Assembly: GCA_963742965.1 (NCBI GenBank)
Contig: CAVUOC010000006.1
Coordinates: 5,967 to 69,966 of the forward strand
Direction: 5' to 3'
DNA length: 64,000 bases
Origin: an uncultured beta proteobacterium
Lineage (GTDB): Bacteria; Pseudomonadota; Gammaproteobacteria; Burkholderiales; Casimicrobiaceae
The notes beneath the pieces were generated by a model that made no database searches, was not told where the DNA came from, and saw nothing but the letters and a program-made list of their open reading frames with translations. Of this stretch, positions 43,549-54,721 are shown in pieces (the stretch's first letter is position 1; each line of letters opens with the position of its first letter). Both the position numbers and the translations under genes were made by a program.

Positions 43549-44974
43549 TCAGTCGAAGCGCACGTACTCGAAATCGATCGGTTGCATGTTGACGCCGCGC
43601 GGGGGCGGCGCGATCCAGTTCGCGAACTGACCGGGCTGCACGACACGGCCCATCAGCGACGCGACGAAGCGCGGTCCGACTCGCGTCGGCAGCCACGCGC
43701 TCGGCGTGCGCCGCCCACTCGGCCGCCGACACGACATTGCCTTCGGGGTCGACGCTCGCGGCGGCGAGCGGGCCGATCCGGCGATGGAACGCCTTGTGCG
43801 GCGCCTGGAGGCGCGGGCGGACGCCGTGCTTGTCGATGATCTTGTTCCAGCGCGCGATGCCGGCGTTCGCGTCGCGGATGTAGTCGTCGCGCAGCTTTTC
43901 GTTGAGCGCATTGAGCGCCGGCGCCTTGCCGGTGACGAGCCGGCCGTCGCGGATCTCGAGGACCGGATACTCGGCGTCGGTCAACAGGTGATCGTCGTCG
44001 ATCTTCGTTTCCTCGAAGCGCCCCTTGAGCCCTGTCGAGTAGAACGTCGCGGCGTTCGACGACACGTCGGAGCCGAAGAGATCCATCGTGACGCTGAAGT
44101 GGAGGTTGAGATAGCGCTGCAGCGTCGGCAGATCGATCACGCCCTGCGCGCGCAGCGTCGCCGGATCGTCGCTGTCGCAGGCGACCATCGCCTCGCACGT
44201 GCGCTGCACGATGCGCGAGACGCCGGATTCGCCGATGAACATGTGGTGCGCTTCCTCGGTCAGCATGAAGCGGCAGGTCCGCGACAGCGGATCGAATCCG
44301 GACTCGGCGAGCGAGCAGAGCTGGTACTTGCCGTCGCGGTCGGTGAAGAACGTGAACATGAAGAACGACAGCCAATCGGGCGTGCGCTCGTTGAACGCGC
44401 CGAGGATCCGCGGGTTGTCGGCGTCGCCGGAGCGCCGCTCGAGCAACGCCTGCGCCTCGTCGCGGCCGTCGCGGCCGAAATGCGCGTGCAGCAGATACAC
44501 CATCGCCCACAGGTGGCGGGCTTCCTCGACGTTGACCTGATACAGGTTGCGCAGGTCGTACATCGACGGGCACGTCCGTCCCAGATGACGCTGCTGCTCG
44601 ACCGATGCGGGCTCGGTGTCGCCCTGCGTGACGATCAGCCGGCGCAGGTTCGCCCGATATTCGCCCGGCACCTCCTGCCACGCGGGCTCCCCCTTGTGCG
44701 CGCCGAAATTGACCTTGCGCTCCGGCTCGGCCGGAGCGAGGAAGACGCCCCAGCGATAATCGCGCATCTTCACGTAGTCGTAGTTCGCCCAGCCTTTCGG
44801 CACCGCGCTCACCGCGGTGCGCAGATAGACGTCGATCTCGCTCGTGTCCTGCGGACCGACGTCCCCCCACCAGCGCAGGAATTGCGGCTGCCATTGCTCG
44901 AGCGCGCGCGTGAGCGCCCGGTTGGCCGCAAGGTCCACGTTGTTCGGGATTTTTTCGTTGTAGTCGATGTTCAT
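43549..44974 (-). pseudogene. boxB: benzoyl-CoA 2,3-epoxidase (oxygenase) subunit BoxB, one frame break
   Basis: ORF 43502..44974: MNIDYNEKIPNNVDL..QPQFLRWW..IVTQGDTEPASVEQQRHLG..VNVEEARHLWAMVYLLHAHFGRDGR..MLTEEAHHMF. The C-terminal 48 aa (WLPTRVGPRFVASLMGR..FANWIAPPPRGVNMQPIDFEYVRFD) are in ORF 43549..43911. One extra base near 43696. Confidence 0.9.
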
Positions 44975-45022
44975 CGGGTGCTCCGGACGCGTGGCGCGAC
45001 GCGGTCGCTCTGCACGTGCCCG

Positions 45023-46725
45023 CTAGACGCGCTCCCGGTCGAACCGCGCCTTGTTGCCGGTGCCGAAGACCTTCAGCGCGCCCGTTTCGCCGACCGCGTT
45101 CGGCCGGACGAAGATCCAGTTCTGCCACGCCGACAAGCGTCCGAAGATCCGCGTCTCCATCGTCTCGGCGCCGCCGAATCGCAGGTTCGCCTCCATCCCC
45201 GTGAGCGCGTCGGGCGAAAGACTCGCGCGCTCCTCGAGCGCGATGCGGACTTCGTCGGCCCAGTCGAGCTCGTCCGGCGCGACGGTCACGAGACCCAGCT
45301 CGATCGCCTTCGCGGCCGTCAATTCGAGCGCCGATCGCGCTGCGCGCGCGGCTGAAGCGGCTCGGCCTCATCGTAGAACCGCGCGGCGATGCGCGCCGCC
45401 CGTTCGCCATCGGGTATGCGCCGAAGTTCTGGGCGGAAAGCGCGATCCGCGGGGCGGCCGCTTCGTCGTCGGGCCGCGCGAGCATGTAGCTGCGATCGGC
45501 GGCGAGCGCGAGCTCGAGCAGCGTCCCGGCGAAGCACGAGCCGGGCTCGATCAGCGCAATCAGCGTGCGCGAGGTCACGTCGAGCCGGGCGAGCGTTCGC
45601 CGCAGCATGCCGATCGTCTCCCGCACGAACCAGTGCGTGCGGTGGCGCTCGAGCGCGGCATCGGCGGCAAGAACGCGGCCGGCGGCGCCTTCGGTCTTCA
45701 CGATCCACGTGCCGACGTCGAGCTCGTTGGTGCGCAGCGAGCAGGATGGCGTCGTCCAGCTCGCGCGCCATCGCAAGCGGCCACCACGATGCGCCCGCGG
45801 CGACGATCGAGTCGATGTCCTCGGGCACCGGCACGCCGGGTGCGCGCACCGTGATCGTCGCGTGCCGCGCTGCGCGGTCGATCGTCACATCGACGTGCTC
45901 GTAGCGGTAGCCGGCGCCGTCGACCGTGCGGGCGAGCGGCGGGAGGAGCGACGCCCGTCGCGTTGCGCGGCCGATCGCTCGCCTCGGCGAGCGCCAGCGC
46001 GCGCTCCTTCACCTTTTGCGCGAACTGCTGCGGCTTCGCGTGATCGTCGATCAACCGCCATTCCTGCGCCCGCTGCGCGCGCACGCCTTCGGCCAGCGTG
46101 CAGAAGACGTCGGCGTGATCGCGCCGGACATGGCGCTTGTCGGTGAGGCGCGTCAGTCCGCCGGTTCCGGGCAGCACGCCGAGAAGCGGCACTTCCGGGA
46201 AGGCTCACGGCGGAGGACCGGTCGTCGATCAGGATGATCTCGTCGCAGGCGAGCGCGAGCTCGTAGCCGCCGCCCGCGGTCGTGCCGTTGCACGCGGCGA
46301 CGAACTTGAGGCCCGAGTGGCGGCTCGCGTCCTCGATGGCGTTGCGCGTCTCGTTGGTGAACTTGCAGAAGTTGACCTTCCACGCGTGCGACGACATGCC
46401 CAGCATGAAGATGTTGGCGCCGGAGCAGAAGACGCGTTCCATTGCCGCTCGTCAGGATCACGCAGCGCACTTCCGGATGCTCGAAGCGGATCCGCTGCAG
46501 CGCGTCGGCGAGCTCGATGTCGACGCCGAGGTCGTAGGAATTGAGCTTGAGCTTGTAACCGGGACGGATTCCGCCGTCCTCGTCGACGTCCATCGTCAGC
46601 GTCGCGAGCGGGCCGTCGAACGCGAGCTTCCAGTGCGCGTAGCGGTCGGGGTGCGTGTCGTAGCTGACCGGTGCGCTGCCGGGCGCTCCCGTTTTCGCGG
46701 CCTGCGGCGGTGCGGTATCGGCCAT
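45023..46725 (-). pseudogene. boxC: 2,3-epoxybenzoyl-CoA dihydrolase (benzoyl-CoA-dihydrodiol lyase) BoxC, about 6 frame breaks
   Basis: ATG 46725 after GAGGAGA. MADTAPP..YAHWKLAFDGPLATLTMDVDEDGG..RCVILTSG / ERVFCSGANIFMLG..AACNGTTAGGGYELALACDEI / PLLGVLPGTGGLTRLTDKR.. / ..YRYEHVDVTIDRAARHATITV.. / LRTNELDVGTW..IEPGSCFAGTLLELAL.. / ..RFYDEAEP / LELTAAKAIELGLV..FGGAETMETRIFGRLSAWQNWIF. Confidence 0.85.
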
Positions 46726-46827
46726 GCGCTTCTCCTCAATGCGCTGTATTATGCCGGACGCTTTCCGGGCCGGACGGGAAAGCCCGGACGCTCGCGGGGC
46801 GATGCTGCCGACCCGGAGGAGAGCAGG

Positions 46828-48429
46828 ATGCCGTCCTTGAGCACCGCCGACCATCGCGTGAGCCCGCCGCGGATCGAGATTCCGCGCGACTACAACGCCG
46901 CGCACGATCTGATCGAGCGAAACCTCCGGGCGGGACGCGCCGGCAAGCTCGCCTACATCGACGATGCAGGGCGCGTACACGTACGGCGAGCTCGCCGAGC
47001 GCGTGAATCGATGCGCCAACGCGCTGACGGGGCTCGGCCTGCGCGCCGAGGAGCGCGTGCTGCTCTGCCAGCTCGACACGATCGATTTCCCGGCGGTGTT
47101 CCTGGGCGCGATCAAGGCCGGCATCGTTCCGATCGCGGCGAACACGCTGCTGATGGGCCACGACTACGACTACATGCTGCGCGACAGCCGCGCGCGCGCG
47201 CTGATCGTCTCGGCGCAGCTCCTTCCGACGATCGCGCCGGTCCTGCCGCGACACCCGCAGCTCACGCCACGTGATCGTTTCGGGACCGGGCGCCGAGGAT
47301 GCGCACGCGACGCAGTCGCTGGCGGCGCTCACCGCCAAGGCGTCGCCAACCTTCGCGCCGGCGGAAACGACGTGCGACGACGCCTGCTTCTGGCTGTATT
47401 CGTCGGGGTCGACCGGCGCGCCCAAGGGCACGGTCCACGTGCACTCGAGCCTGATCCAGACGGCCGAGCTCTACGCGAAGCCCGTGCTCGGCATTCGCGA
47501 GGAGGACGTCGTGTTCTCGGCGGCGAAGCTCTTCTTTGCCTACGGTCTCGGCAATGCGCTGACGTTTCCGATGGCGGTCGGCGCGACGACGGTCCTGATG
47601 GCCGAGCGCGCAACCCCGCCTGCGGTCATCGCGCGGCTCACGCGCCATCGGCCGACGATCTTCTACGGCGTGCCGACGCTCTTCGCCGCGCTGCTCGCGA
47701 ATCCCGGAATTGCCGAAGCGCGGCGAGCTCGAGCTCCGGATCTGCGCGTCGGCGGGAGAGGCGCTGCCGGCCGAGATCGGCAGGCGATGGACCGAGCGCT
47801 TCGGCGTCGAGATTCTCGACGGCCTCGGCTCGACCGAGATGCTGCACATCTTCCTGTCGAATCGGCCCGGCGCGGTCCGTTACGGGACGAGCGGCGTCCC
47901 GGTGCCCGGCTACGAGCTGCGCATCGTCGGCGACGACGGCCAGCCGGTCGCGGCGGGCGAGGTCGGCGAATTGCAGATCAACGGACCGACGGCGGCGATG
48001 GGGTACTGGAACAATCGCGAAAAGTCGCGGGCGACGTTCCAGGGCGCGTGGACCCGCAGCGGCGACAAGTATTCGATCGACGCGGACGGCTGCTACGTCT
48101 ACTCGGGCCGCAGCGACGACATGCTCAAGGTCGGCGGCATCTACGTGTCGCCGATCGAGGTCGAGGCGGCGCTCGTCACGCATCCGGCCGTGCTCGAGGC
48201 GGCGGTGATCGGCCGCGCCGACGACGAAAAGCTCGTCAAGCCGCAGGCGTACGTCGTGCTGAAGCGCGGCCAGGCGCCGTCGGCTGCGCTCGCCGAGGAG
48301 CTGCGCCAGCACGTGAAGACGCACCTCGCGCCGTACAAGTACCCGCGCTGGATCGAGTTCATCGACGAGCTTCCCAAGACGGCGACGGGTAAGATACAGC
48401 GCTTCAAGCTGCGGGCCCGCGCCGGCTGA
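46828..48429 (+). pseudogene. bclA: benzoate-CoA ligase, 3 frame breaks (each one extra base)
   Basis: ATG 46828 after GGAGGAG. MPSLSTADH..NAAHDLIERNL..KLAYIDDAG / AYTYGELAERVNRCANAL.. / VIVSGPG..FWLYSSGSTGAPKGTVHVHS..FFAYGLGN.. / ..LRICASAGEALP..TSGVPVPGYEL..GDKY..RSDDMLKVGGIYVSP..PKTATGKIQRFKLR. Frames of ORFs 46282, 46964, 47271 and 47710. Confidence 0.85.
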
Positions 48430-48484
48430 CGCGAACGGTCGCGGGCAGCGCGACGCAACGCTCGCGAAACAAGGGAGGATTTCG

Positions 48485-49678
48485 ATGGACGCAACCCGCA
48501 GGATGCAGCGCCGTGCCACGGCGATCCGCGTGATGGGTGTTGCCGCAGCCTGCGCGCTCGCGTGGACGAGCGGGGCGCTCGCGCAGCAGGCGAAGATCAA
48601 GATCGGGCTGATGCTTCCGTACACGGGAACCTACGCGGCGCTGGGGACGGCGATCACCAACGGCTTCAAGCTCGCGATCCAGGAGAACGGCGGCAAGCTC
48701 GGCGGACGGGAGATCGAGTATTTCACCGTGGACGACGAATCCGACCCCGCGAAAGCGCCGGACAACGCGAACAAGCTCATCAAGCGCGATCAGGTCGACG
48801 TGCTCGTGGGCACCGTGCATTCCGGCGTCGCGCTGGCGATGTCGAAGGTCGCGCGCGACAACAACACGCTGCTCATCATCCCGAACGCCGGCGCCGACGA
48901 GATCACCGGCCCGCTGTGCGCGGCGAACGTGTTCCGCTCGTCGTTCTCGAATTCGCAGTTCGGCATCGCCATGGGCAAGGTGATGGCCGAGCAGACGAAG
49001 AAGACCGCCGTCACCTTGACCTGGAAATACGCGGCCGGCGACGAATCGGTGGGCGGCTTCAAGGAGGCGTTCGAGGCGGGCGGGGGCAAGGTCGTCAAGG
49101 AGCTGTCGCTCCCGTTTCCGCAGGTCGAGTTCCAGCCGTACCTGACCGAGATCGCAGCGTTGAAGCCCGACGTCGTCTACGCGTTTTTCGCAGGCGGCGG
49201 CGCGGTGAAGTTCGTCAAGGATTACGCCGCGGCGGGGCTCAACAAGACGATCCCGCTGGTCGGGCCGGGCTTCCTCACCGACGGCACGCTGGATGCGCAG
49301 GGCGAGTCGGCGCAGGGCCTGCTGACGACGCTCCATTACGGCGACGGCCTCAACATTCCGAAGAACAACGCGTTCCGCGCCGCATACGCCAAGACCTTCT
49401 CGACGCCGCCGGATGTCTATGCGGTGCAGGGTTACGACGCCGCGCAGCTGCTGATCGCCGGCGTCAATGCGGTGAAGGGCGACTTGTCGAAGCGCGCCGA
49501 TCTCGTGAAGGCGATCGAGACCGCGAAGATCGAAAGCCCGCGCGGCTCCTTCGCACTGTCGAAATCGCACAATCCGATTCACGACATCTATCTGCGCAAG
49601 GTCGACGGCAAGGAAAACAAGGTGATCGCCGTCGCGATCAAGAGCCTGAACGATCCTCCGCGCGGCTGCAAGCTCTGA
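48485..49678 (+). CDS. ABC transporter substrate-binding protein (LivJ/branched-chain-amino-acid family fold; probable aromatic-acid uptake)
   Basis: ORF 48485..49678, 397 aa, uninterrupted. Signal peptide ..ALAWTSGALAQQ, then KIKIGLMLPYTGTYAALG... Substrate is inferred from the neighbouring bclA/box genes only. Confidence 0.8.
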   Translation: MDATRRMQRRATAIRVMGVAAACALAWTSGALAQQAKIKIGLMLPYTGTYAALGTAITNGFKLAIQENGGKLGGREIEYFTVDDESDPAKAPDNANKLIKRDQVDVLVGTVHSGVALAMSKVARDNNTLLIIPNAGADEITGPLCAANVFRSSFSNSQFGIAMGKVMAEQTKKTAVTLTWKYAAGDESVGGFKEAFEAGGGKVVKELSLPFPQVEFQPYLTEIAALKPDVVYAFFAGGGAVKFVKDYAAAGLNKTIPLVGPGFLTDGTLDAQGESAQGLLTTLHYGDGLNIPKNNAFRAAYAKTFSTPPDVYAVQGYDAAQLLIAGVNAVKGDLSKRADLVKAIETAKIESPRGSFALSKSHNPIHDIYLRKVDGKENKVIAVAIKSLNDPPRGCKL

Positions 49679-49726
49679 CGACCGCCGGGCAGCATGCGGC
49701 GGCGCGCTTGCCGCAGGGACGCGACT

Positions 49727-49776
49727 GGGGCAAGCCGGAGGGCGCCCGGTTCTCGTGAAGCCCGGAGGCTTGCCCC
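49727..49776 (+). other. perfect 10-bp-stem hairpin between the binding-protein and permease genes
   Basis: GGGGCAAGCC (49727-49736) pairs with GGCTTGCCCC (49767-49776) across a 30-nt loop. No T-run follows. Confidence 0.45.
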
Positions 49777-49823
49777 GGTTGCGTCGATGAGCGCAACCGT
49801 CGCGCGCTCCGGCCGATACCGCC

Positions 49824-50694
49824 ATGGATGTCCACACCTTTCTGATTCAGCTGCTGAACGGCGTCCAGTACGGGCTGCTGCTGTTCCTCGTGGCGAGCGG
49901 GCTCACGCTGATCTTCGGCATCATGGGCATCATCAACCTCGCCCATGGCAGCTTCTACATGATCGGCGCCTACATGGCGTTCACGCTGTCGTCGTTGAGC
50001 GGCAGCCTGTTCGTCGCGATCGTCGCCGGGATCGTGCTCTCGGTGCTCCTCGGCGTGGTCCTCGAATGGGCGCTCTTCTCCCATTTGTACAAGCGCGACC
50101 ACCTCGAGCAGGTGCTGCTGACCTACGGATTGATCCTCGTGTTCGAGGAGCTGCGAAGCCTGATCGTCGGCAACGACGTCCATGGCGTTCCGGTGCCCGC
50201 GCTGTTCGACTGGTCGATCCCGCTCACCGCCACGCTGTCCTATCCGGTGTACCGCCTGTTCATGTCGGCGATGTGCCTCGTCCTCGCCGGATTGCTGTAC
50301 GTCTTCATCCATCGCACCCGGCTGGGAATGATGATCCGCGCCGGCGCGTCGAATCGCGAGATGGTCGCGTCGCTGGGGCTCAACATCAACCTCGTCTACC
50401 GGCTGGTTTTCGCGCTGGGCGTCGCGCTCGCCGCGTTCGCCGGGATGATCGCGGCGCCGGTGTCGTCGGTCTATCCCGGAATGGGCACGCAGGTGCTGAT
50501 CATCTGCTTCGTCGTCGTGGTGATCGGCGGCATCGGCTCGATCCGGGGCGCGCTCGTGGCGCGCGCTGCTGATCGGGCTCGCCGACACGTTCGGCAAGGT
50601 CTTCATGCCGGAGCTTTCGGGAGTCACCGTCTATCTGCTGATGGCGGTGGTTCTGCTCTGGCGGCCGGAGGGCATTTTCCGGGGCGCGGCGTGA
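49824..50694 (+). pseudogene. ABC transporter permease (LivH type), one frame break
   Basis: ORF 49824..: MDVHTFLIQLLNGVQYGLLLFLVASGLTLIFGIMGIINLAHGSFYMIGAY... After ..GGIGSIRGALVA one extra base (about 50557) hides ALLIGLADTFGKVFMPELSGVTVYLLMAVVLLWRPEGIFRGAA-stop (TGA 50692-50694). Confidence 0.8.
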
Positions 50695-51687
50695 TGCGAC
50701 GTCGACGGCGGAGCAACGCGGTGACCGCGAGGCGCGTCGCCGCGGGCGATCGCGCTCGCTCTGCTCGCGTCTGGTTCCTTTGGCGGGAGCGACGTTCTAC
50801 ACGGAGCTCGTCGCGAAGGTAATGGTCCTCGCGATTTTCGCGCTGTCGCTCGACCTGCTGGTCGGCTACACCGGGCTCGTTTCGTTCGGCCATGCGGCGT
50901 TCTACGGCATCGGCGCGTACACGCTCGCGCTGCTTACGCCGAAGTACGAAGCGGCGAGCCTGTGGCTCACGCTTCCCGCGGCCGTCCTCGCTGCCGCGAC
51001 TCTGCGCGCTTGCGGTCGGCGCGCTGATCGTCCGGGTGAAGGGCATCTATTTCATCATGGTGACGCTCGCCTTCGCCCAGATGTTCTATTTCGTGTTCCA
51101 CGACACGAAGCTCGGCCGCGGCTCGGATGGAATCAGCGATGAACTTCAAGCCGGTTGCGGCGATCGGCGGCGTCGCGTCCGATCGATCTCGGCAACGCGA
51201 CGCACGTCTATTACTTCGTGCTTGCGATGCTGATCGCACCTTCGTCGTTTCTGCGCATCGTGCTGCGCTCGCCGTTCGGGCGCGCGCTGATGGGAATCCG
51301 CAGCAACGAGCAGCGAATGCGCTCGCTCGGCTTCCCGGTCTATCGCTACAAGCTCGCAAGCTTCACGCTCGCGGGAATGCTCGCCGGCCTCGCCGGCTAT
51401 CTGTCGGCGCTGCAATTCGGCTTCGTGAACCCGGAGCTCCTGTCGTGGCACCAGTCGGGCAACGTGCTGCTGATGCTGATCCTGGGCGGCGTGGGGAGCC
51501 TCTACGGCGCGATCGTCGGCGCCTTCGCGTTCGTCGCGCTCACGGAGGTGTTCCAGTCGATGACGCGCCATTGGCAGCTGCTGCTCGGCACCGCGATCAT
51601 TCTGCTGGTGATCTTCCTTCCCGGGCGGATCTGGCGAGCATCGCCGGTCGCTTCCGGCGCACGCTCGTCGGAGAAGCTCGACGATGA
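50694..51687 (+). pseudogene. ABC transporter permease (LivM type), about 5 frame breaks
   Basis: The ATG overlaps the livH-like stop (TGATG). Pieces: ..ATFYTELVAKVMVLAIFALSLDLLVGYTGLVSFGHAAFYGIGAY (ORF 50780), ..CALAVGALIVRVKGIYFIMVTLAFAQMFYF (ORF 50892), ..IDLGNATHVYYFVLA..SPFGRALMGIRSNEQR..LILGGVGSLYGAIVGA (ORF 51155), and end ..ASIAGRFRRTLVGEARR (ORF 51127..51687). Confidence 0.7.
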
Positions 51688-52432
51688 GTGAGCCGCTGCT
51701 CGCGACCCGCGGGCTGACGCGCCATTTCGGCGGTCTCGCTGCGGTGAGCGACGTTTCGATCGCGCTCGAGCGCGGCAGGCTGCATGCGGTGGTCGGGCCC
51801 AACGGCGCGGGCAAGACGACGCTGATCAACGTGCTTTCGGGCGATCTCGCCGCGTCGTCGGGAAGCGTGACTTACGCGGGCGAGGACATCACGCGCGAAT
51901 CGTCCGATCGACGGTCGCGCCGCGGCATCGGCCGCAGCTACCAGAAGACCAACATCTTCGGCGCATTCACCGCGTTCGAGAACTGCCGGCTTGCCGCGCA
52001 ATCCCGCGCGCCGCGGGTGTTGCATCTGTTCAGCGACGCGACGGCGTACCCTCCGACGAATGCCGCCGCCGAGCGGGCGCTCGCCGCCGCGGGCCTCGAG
52101 CGGGCGCGGCGATCGCATCGCGTCGGCGCTCTCGCACGGCGAGCAGCGGCAGCTCGAGATCGCGATGGTGCTCGCGACGCAGCCGAAGGTGCTGCTGCTC
52201 GACGAGCCGCTCGCCGGCATGGGCGCCGACGAAGCGGCGCGGATGGTGCGCCTGCTGAAGACGCTCGCGACCGGGCACGCGATCCTGCTCGTCGAGCACG
52301 ACATGGACGCGGTGTTCGCGGTCGCCGACCTGATCACCGTGATGGTGAACGGCCAGGTGCTCGAAAGCGGCGCGCCGGACGCGGATTCGCGCGAGCGCGG
52401 CGGTCCAGCAGGCGTATCTGGGGGACGCATGA
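51684..52432 (+). pseudogene. ABC transporter ATP-binding protein (LivG type), 2 frame breaks
   Basis: ORF 51684..: MSEPLLATRGLTRHFGGLAAVSDVS..GPNGAGKTTLINVLSG. ORF 51991..: ..LSHGEQRQLEIAMVLATQPKVLLLDEPLAGM..LLVEHDMDAVF. The end IRASAAVQQAYLGDA-stop is restored by deleting one base near 52385. Confidence 0.8.
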
Positions 52433-52531
52433 GCGAGGCGGGCGAAGCCCAGGCCCGAAGGGCGCGTCGCCGAGGAGTGCGGCTCGAGGCCGCAGACGCC
52501 CCAATCCATTCGCGGGGTGGGAGGCCGACGC

Positions 52532-53247
52532 ATGAGCGAATGGCTGCTCGAGGCGCGCGAGCTCCACGCCTACTACGGCGCGAGCCACGTGCTGCACGGG
52601 ATCGACTTCCGGATCGGCCGCGGCGAAACGGTGGGACTCATGGGCCGGAACGGGATGGGCAAGAGCACGCTGATCCGCAGCATGCTCGGGATCGTCAAGC
52701 CGCGCGACGGCGAGGTGCGCGTCCGCGGCGCGCCGATGACCGGCGCCGAGCCCTGGCTCGTCGCGCGGCAAGGCATCGCCTACGTGCCCGAGGGGCGCGG
52801 CATCTTTCCCAACCTGACGGTTCGCGAAAATCTCGTGATGGCCGCGCGCAGCGGACCGCGACGGCCGCCGCGACTGGACGCTCGATCGCGCGCTGACGAC
52901 TTTTCCGCGTCTCGCCGAGCGGCTCGACTACGCGGGTGCGCAGCTCTCGGGCGGCGAGCAGCAGATGCTGACGATCGGGCGCGCACTGCTCACGAATCCC
53001 GGATCTGCTGATCCTCGACGAGGCGACCGAGGGCCTCGCGCCGCTCATCGCGCGCGAGATCTGGAACATCCTCGCCGACATCCGCACCCACGGCATCGCG
53101 ACGCTGATCGTCGACAAGAACTACCGATCGGTCACGGCGATCGCCGATCGCAACGTGATCCTGGTCAAGGGGCGCGTGGTCTTCGAGGGCGACAGCCGAA
53201 CGCTGCTTGCGCAGCCGGAGACCCTTCAGCGACATCTCGGGGTCTGA
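52532..53247 (+). pseudogene. ABC transporter ATP-binding protein (LivF type), about 3 frame breaks
   Basis: ORF 52517.. from MSEWLLEARELHAYYGASHVL..GRNGMGKSTLIRS... Later pieces: ..[19 protein letters not shown] (ORF 52965) and [32 protein letters not shown]-stop (TGA 53245-53247). Confidence 0.8.
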
Positions 53248-54045
53248 ATGCCGTTCGTCGACATCGCGTCGCATCGGATCGAGTACGAGCGAATCGAGGT
53301 CGGCCGGCGATCGCCGCCCGACGCTCGTCTTCCTGCACGAGGGACTGGGCTCGATCGCGATGTGGCGAGACTTCCCCGAACGCGTCGCGCGCGCGACGCA
53401 GCTGCGACGCGATCGTCTATTCGCGCCACGGCTACGGCAACTCCGATCCGTTGACGCGAGCCGCGAGCCGTCCGCTACATGCACGACGAGGCGCTAGATC
53501 GCGCTGCCGCAGCTCCTCGACCGCCTCGCGATCGATCGGCCGATCCTGATCGGGCACAGCGACGGCGGATCGATCGCGCTGATCCATGCGGGAGCGCGGT
53601 GCGCCGGCCCGTCGGCGCCGTCGTCACGCTGGCGGCGCATGTGCTCGTCGAGGAAATCTCCGTCGCGAGCATCGCGGCCGCGAAGACCGCGTACGAGACG
53701 ACCGATTTGCGCGCGCGGCTCGCGCGCTATCACGCCGATGTCGACTCGGCGTTCTGGGGCTGGAACCGCATCTGGCTCGCGCCCGAATTCCGCGACTGGA
53801 ACATCGAGGAGTACCTGCCGCGGATCCGCTGTCCGGTGCTGGCGATCCAGGGCGTCGACGACGAGTACGGGACGATGGAGCAGATGCGGCGGATCGGCGC
53901 GGGCGTCGCCGACGTCGAGCTCCTGCGCGCTGCGACGACTGCCGCCATTCGCCGCATCGCGATCGGCCGGAGGCTGTGCTTGACCGCGATCGTCGGTTCT
54001 CGTCGGATCGCGATGCGCCGGCCGGCGTCGCCGCCCGGTCCGTAA
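53248..54045 (+). pseudogene. alpha/beta-fold hydrolase, 5 or more frame breaks; 3' end uncertain
   Basis: [19 protein letters not shown].. / ..[25 protein letters not shown] / ..[15 protein letters not shown] / ..[17 protein letters not shown] (nucleophile elbow GHSDGG) / ..VTLAAHVLVEE..CPVLAIQGVDDEYGT.. / ..CRHSPHRDRPEAVL are spread over all three frames. Confidence 0.55.
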
Positions 54046-54175
54046 GGCGCGCTCCTGGCGGGGCCGACCGAATCGCGCTGTCAAGGCGCGAGACGCGCTC
54101 AAACGCCACGGCATACTGCCGCGGTGAGACGCGGAAGCGATCCGTCGGCGGGCTCGCCTCCATCCGACCCAATCC

Positions 54176-54694
54176 ATGAAGGAGCACGCGATGTATTCCA
54201 GGATTGCGAACCTGTGTTCGACCACCGCGCTCGCGGCGGTGCTGACTTTTACCGCCGCGGGCGTCGCGAGCGCGCAGAACGCCGTGCAGCCGGTGCCCGA
54301 CAGCGGCATCGTGCGCGTCAAGAGCGCCTATTCGGTGCCCGAAACCGTCGCGCGGCTCAAGGCGGATGTCGCGAGCAAGGGCATCCGGTTCTTCGACGAG
54401 ATCGACCAGGCGAAGCTCGCGGCCGACGCGGGCGTCAAGCTGCGGCCCTCGACGTTGCTGGTCTTCGGCAACCCGCCGCTCGGCACGCTCTTCATCCGCT
54501 CCAATCCGCTGGCCGCGCTCGACTGGCCGGTGCGTCTTCTCGTGCTCGAGGACGAGAACGGACAGGTCTGGGCCGCGTATACCGATTTTTCCTACATCGC
54601 GAAGCGGCACGCGATCGACGGCGCCGATGCCGAAGCGTTCAAGACCGCCTCGGGCGTGATCGCGTCGATCACCTCGAGCGTCAAGGGCCAGTGA
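54176..54694 (+). CDS. DUF302 domain-containing periplasmic protein
   Basis: ORF 54176..54694: signal peptide ..ALAAVLTFTAAGVASAQ, then ..PSTLLVFGNPPLGTLFI..LDWPVRLLVLEDENGQVWAAYTDFSYIAKRH. ATG 54191 is an alternative start. Confidence 0.8.
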   Translation: MKEHAMYSRIANLCSTTALAAVLTFTAAGVASAQNAVQPVPDSGIVRVKSAYSVPETVARLKADVASKGIRFFDEIDQAKLAADAGVKLRPSTLLVFGNPPLGTLFIRSNPLAALDWPVRLLVLEDENGQVWAAYTDFSYIAKRHAIDGADAEAFKTASGVIASITSSVKGQ

Positions 54695-54721
54695 TTCACC
54701 CGCGCGGGCGACCGCGCGGAG

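Noticed and set aside
52433-52531. 100-bp GC-rich gap between the LivG-type and LivF-type ATPase genes, considered as a small ORF or RNA element
   Set aside because: There is no convincing hairpin, start/stop-bounded peptide or repeat. In this indel-dense zone the gap may simply reflect my placement of the LivG-type stop.
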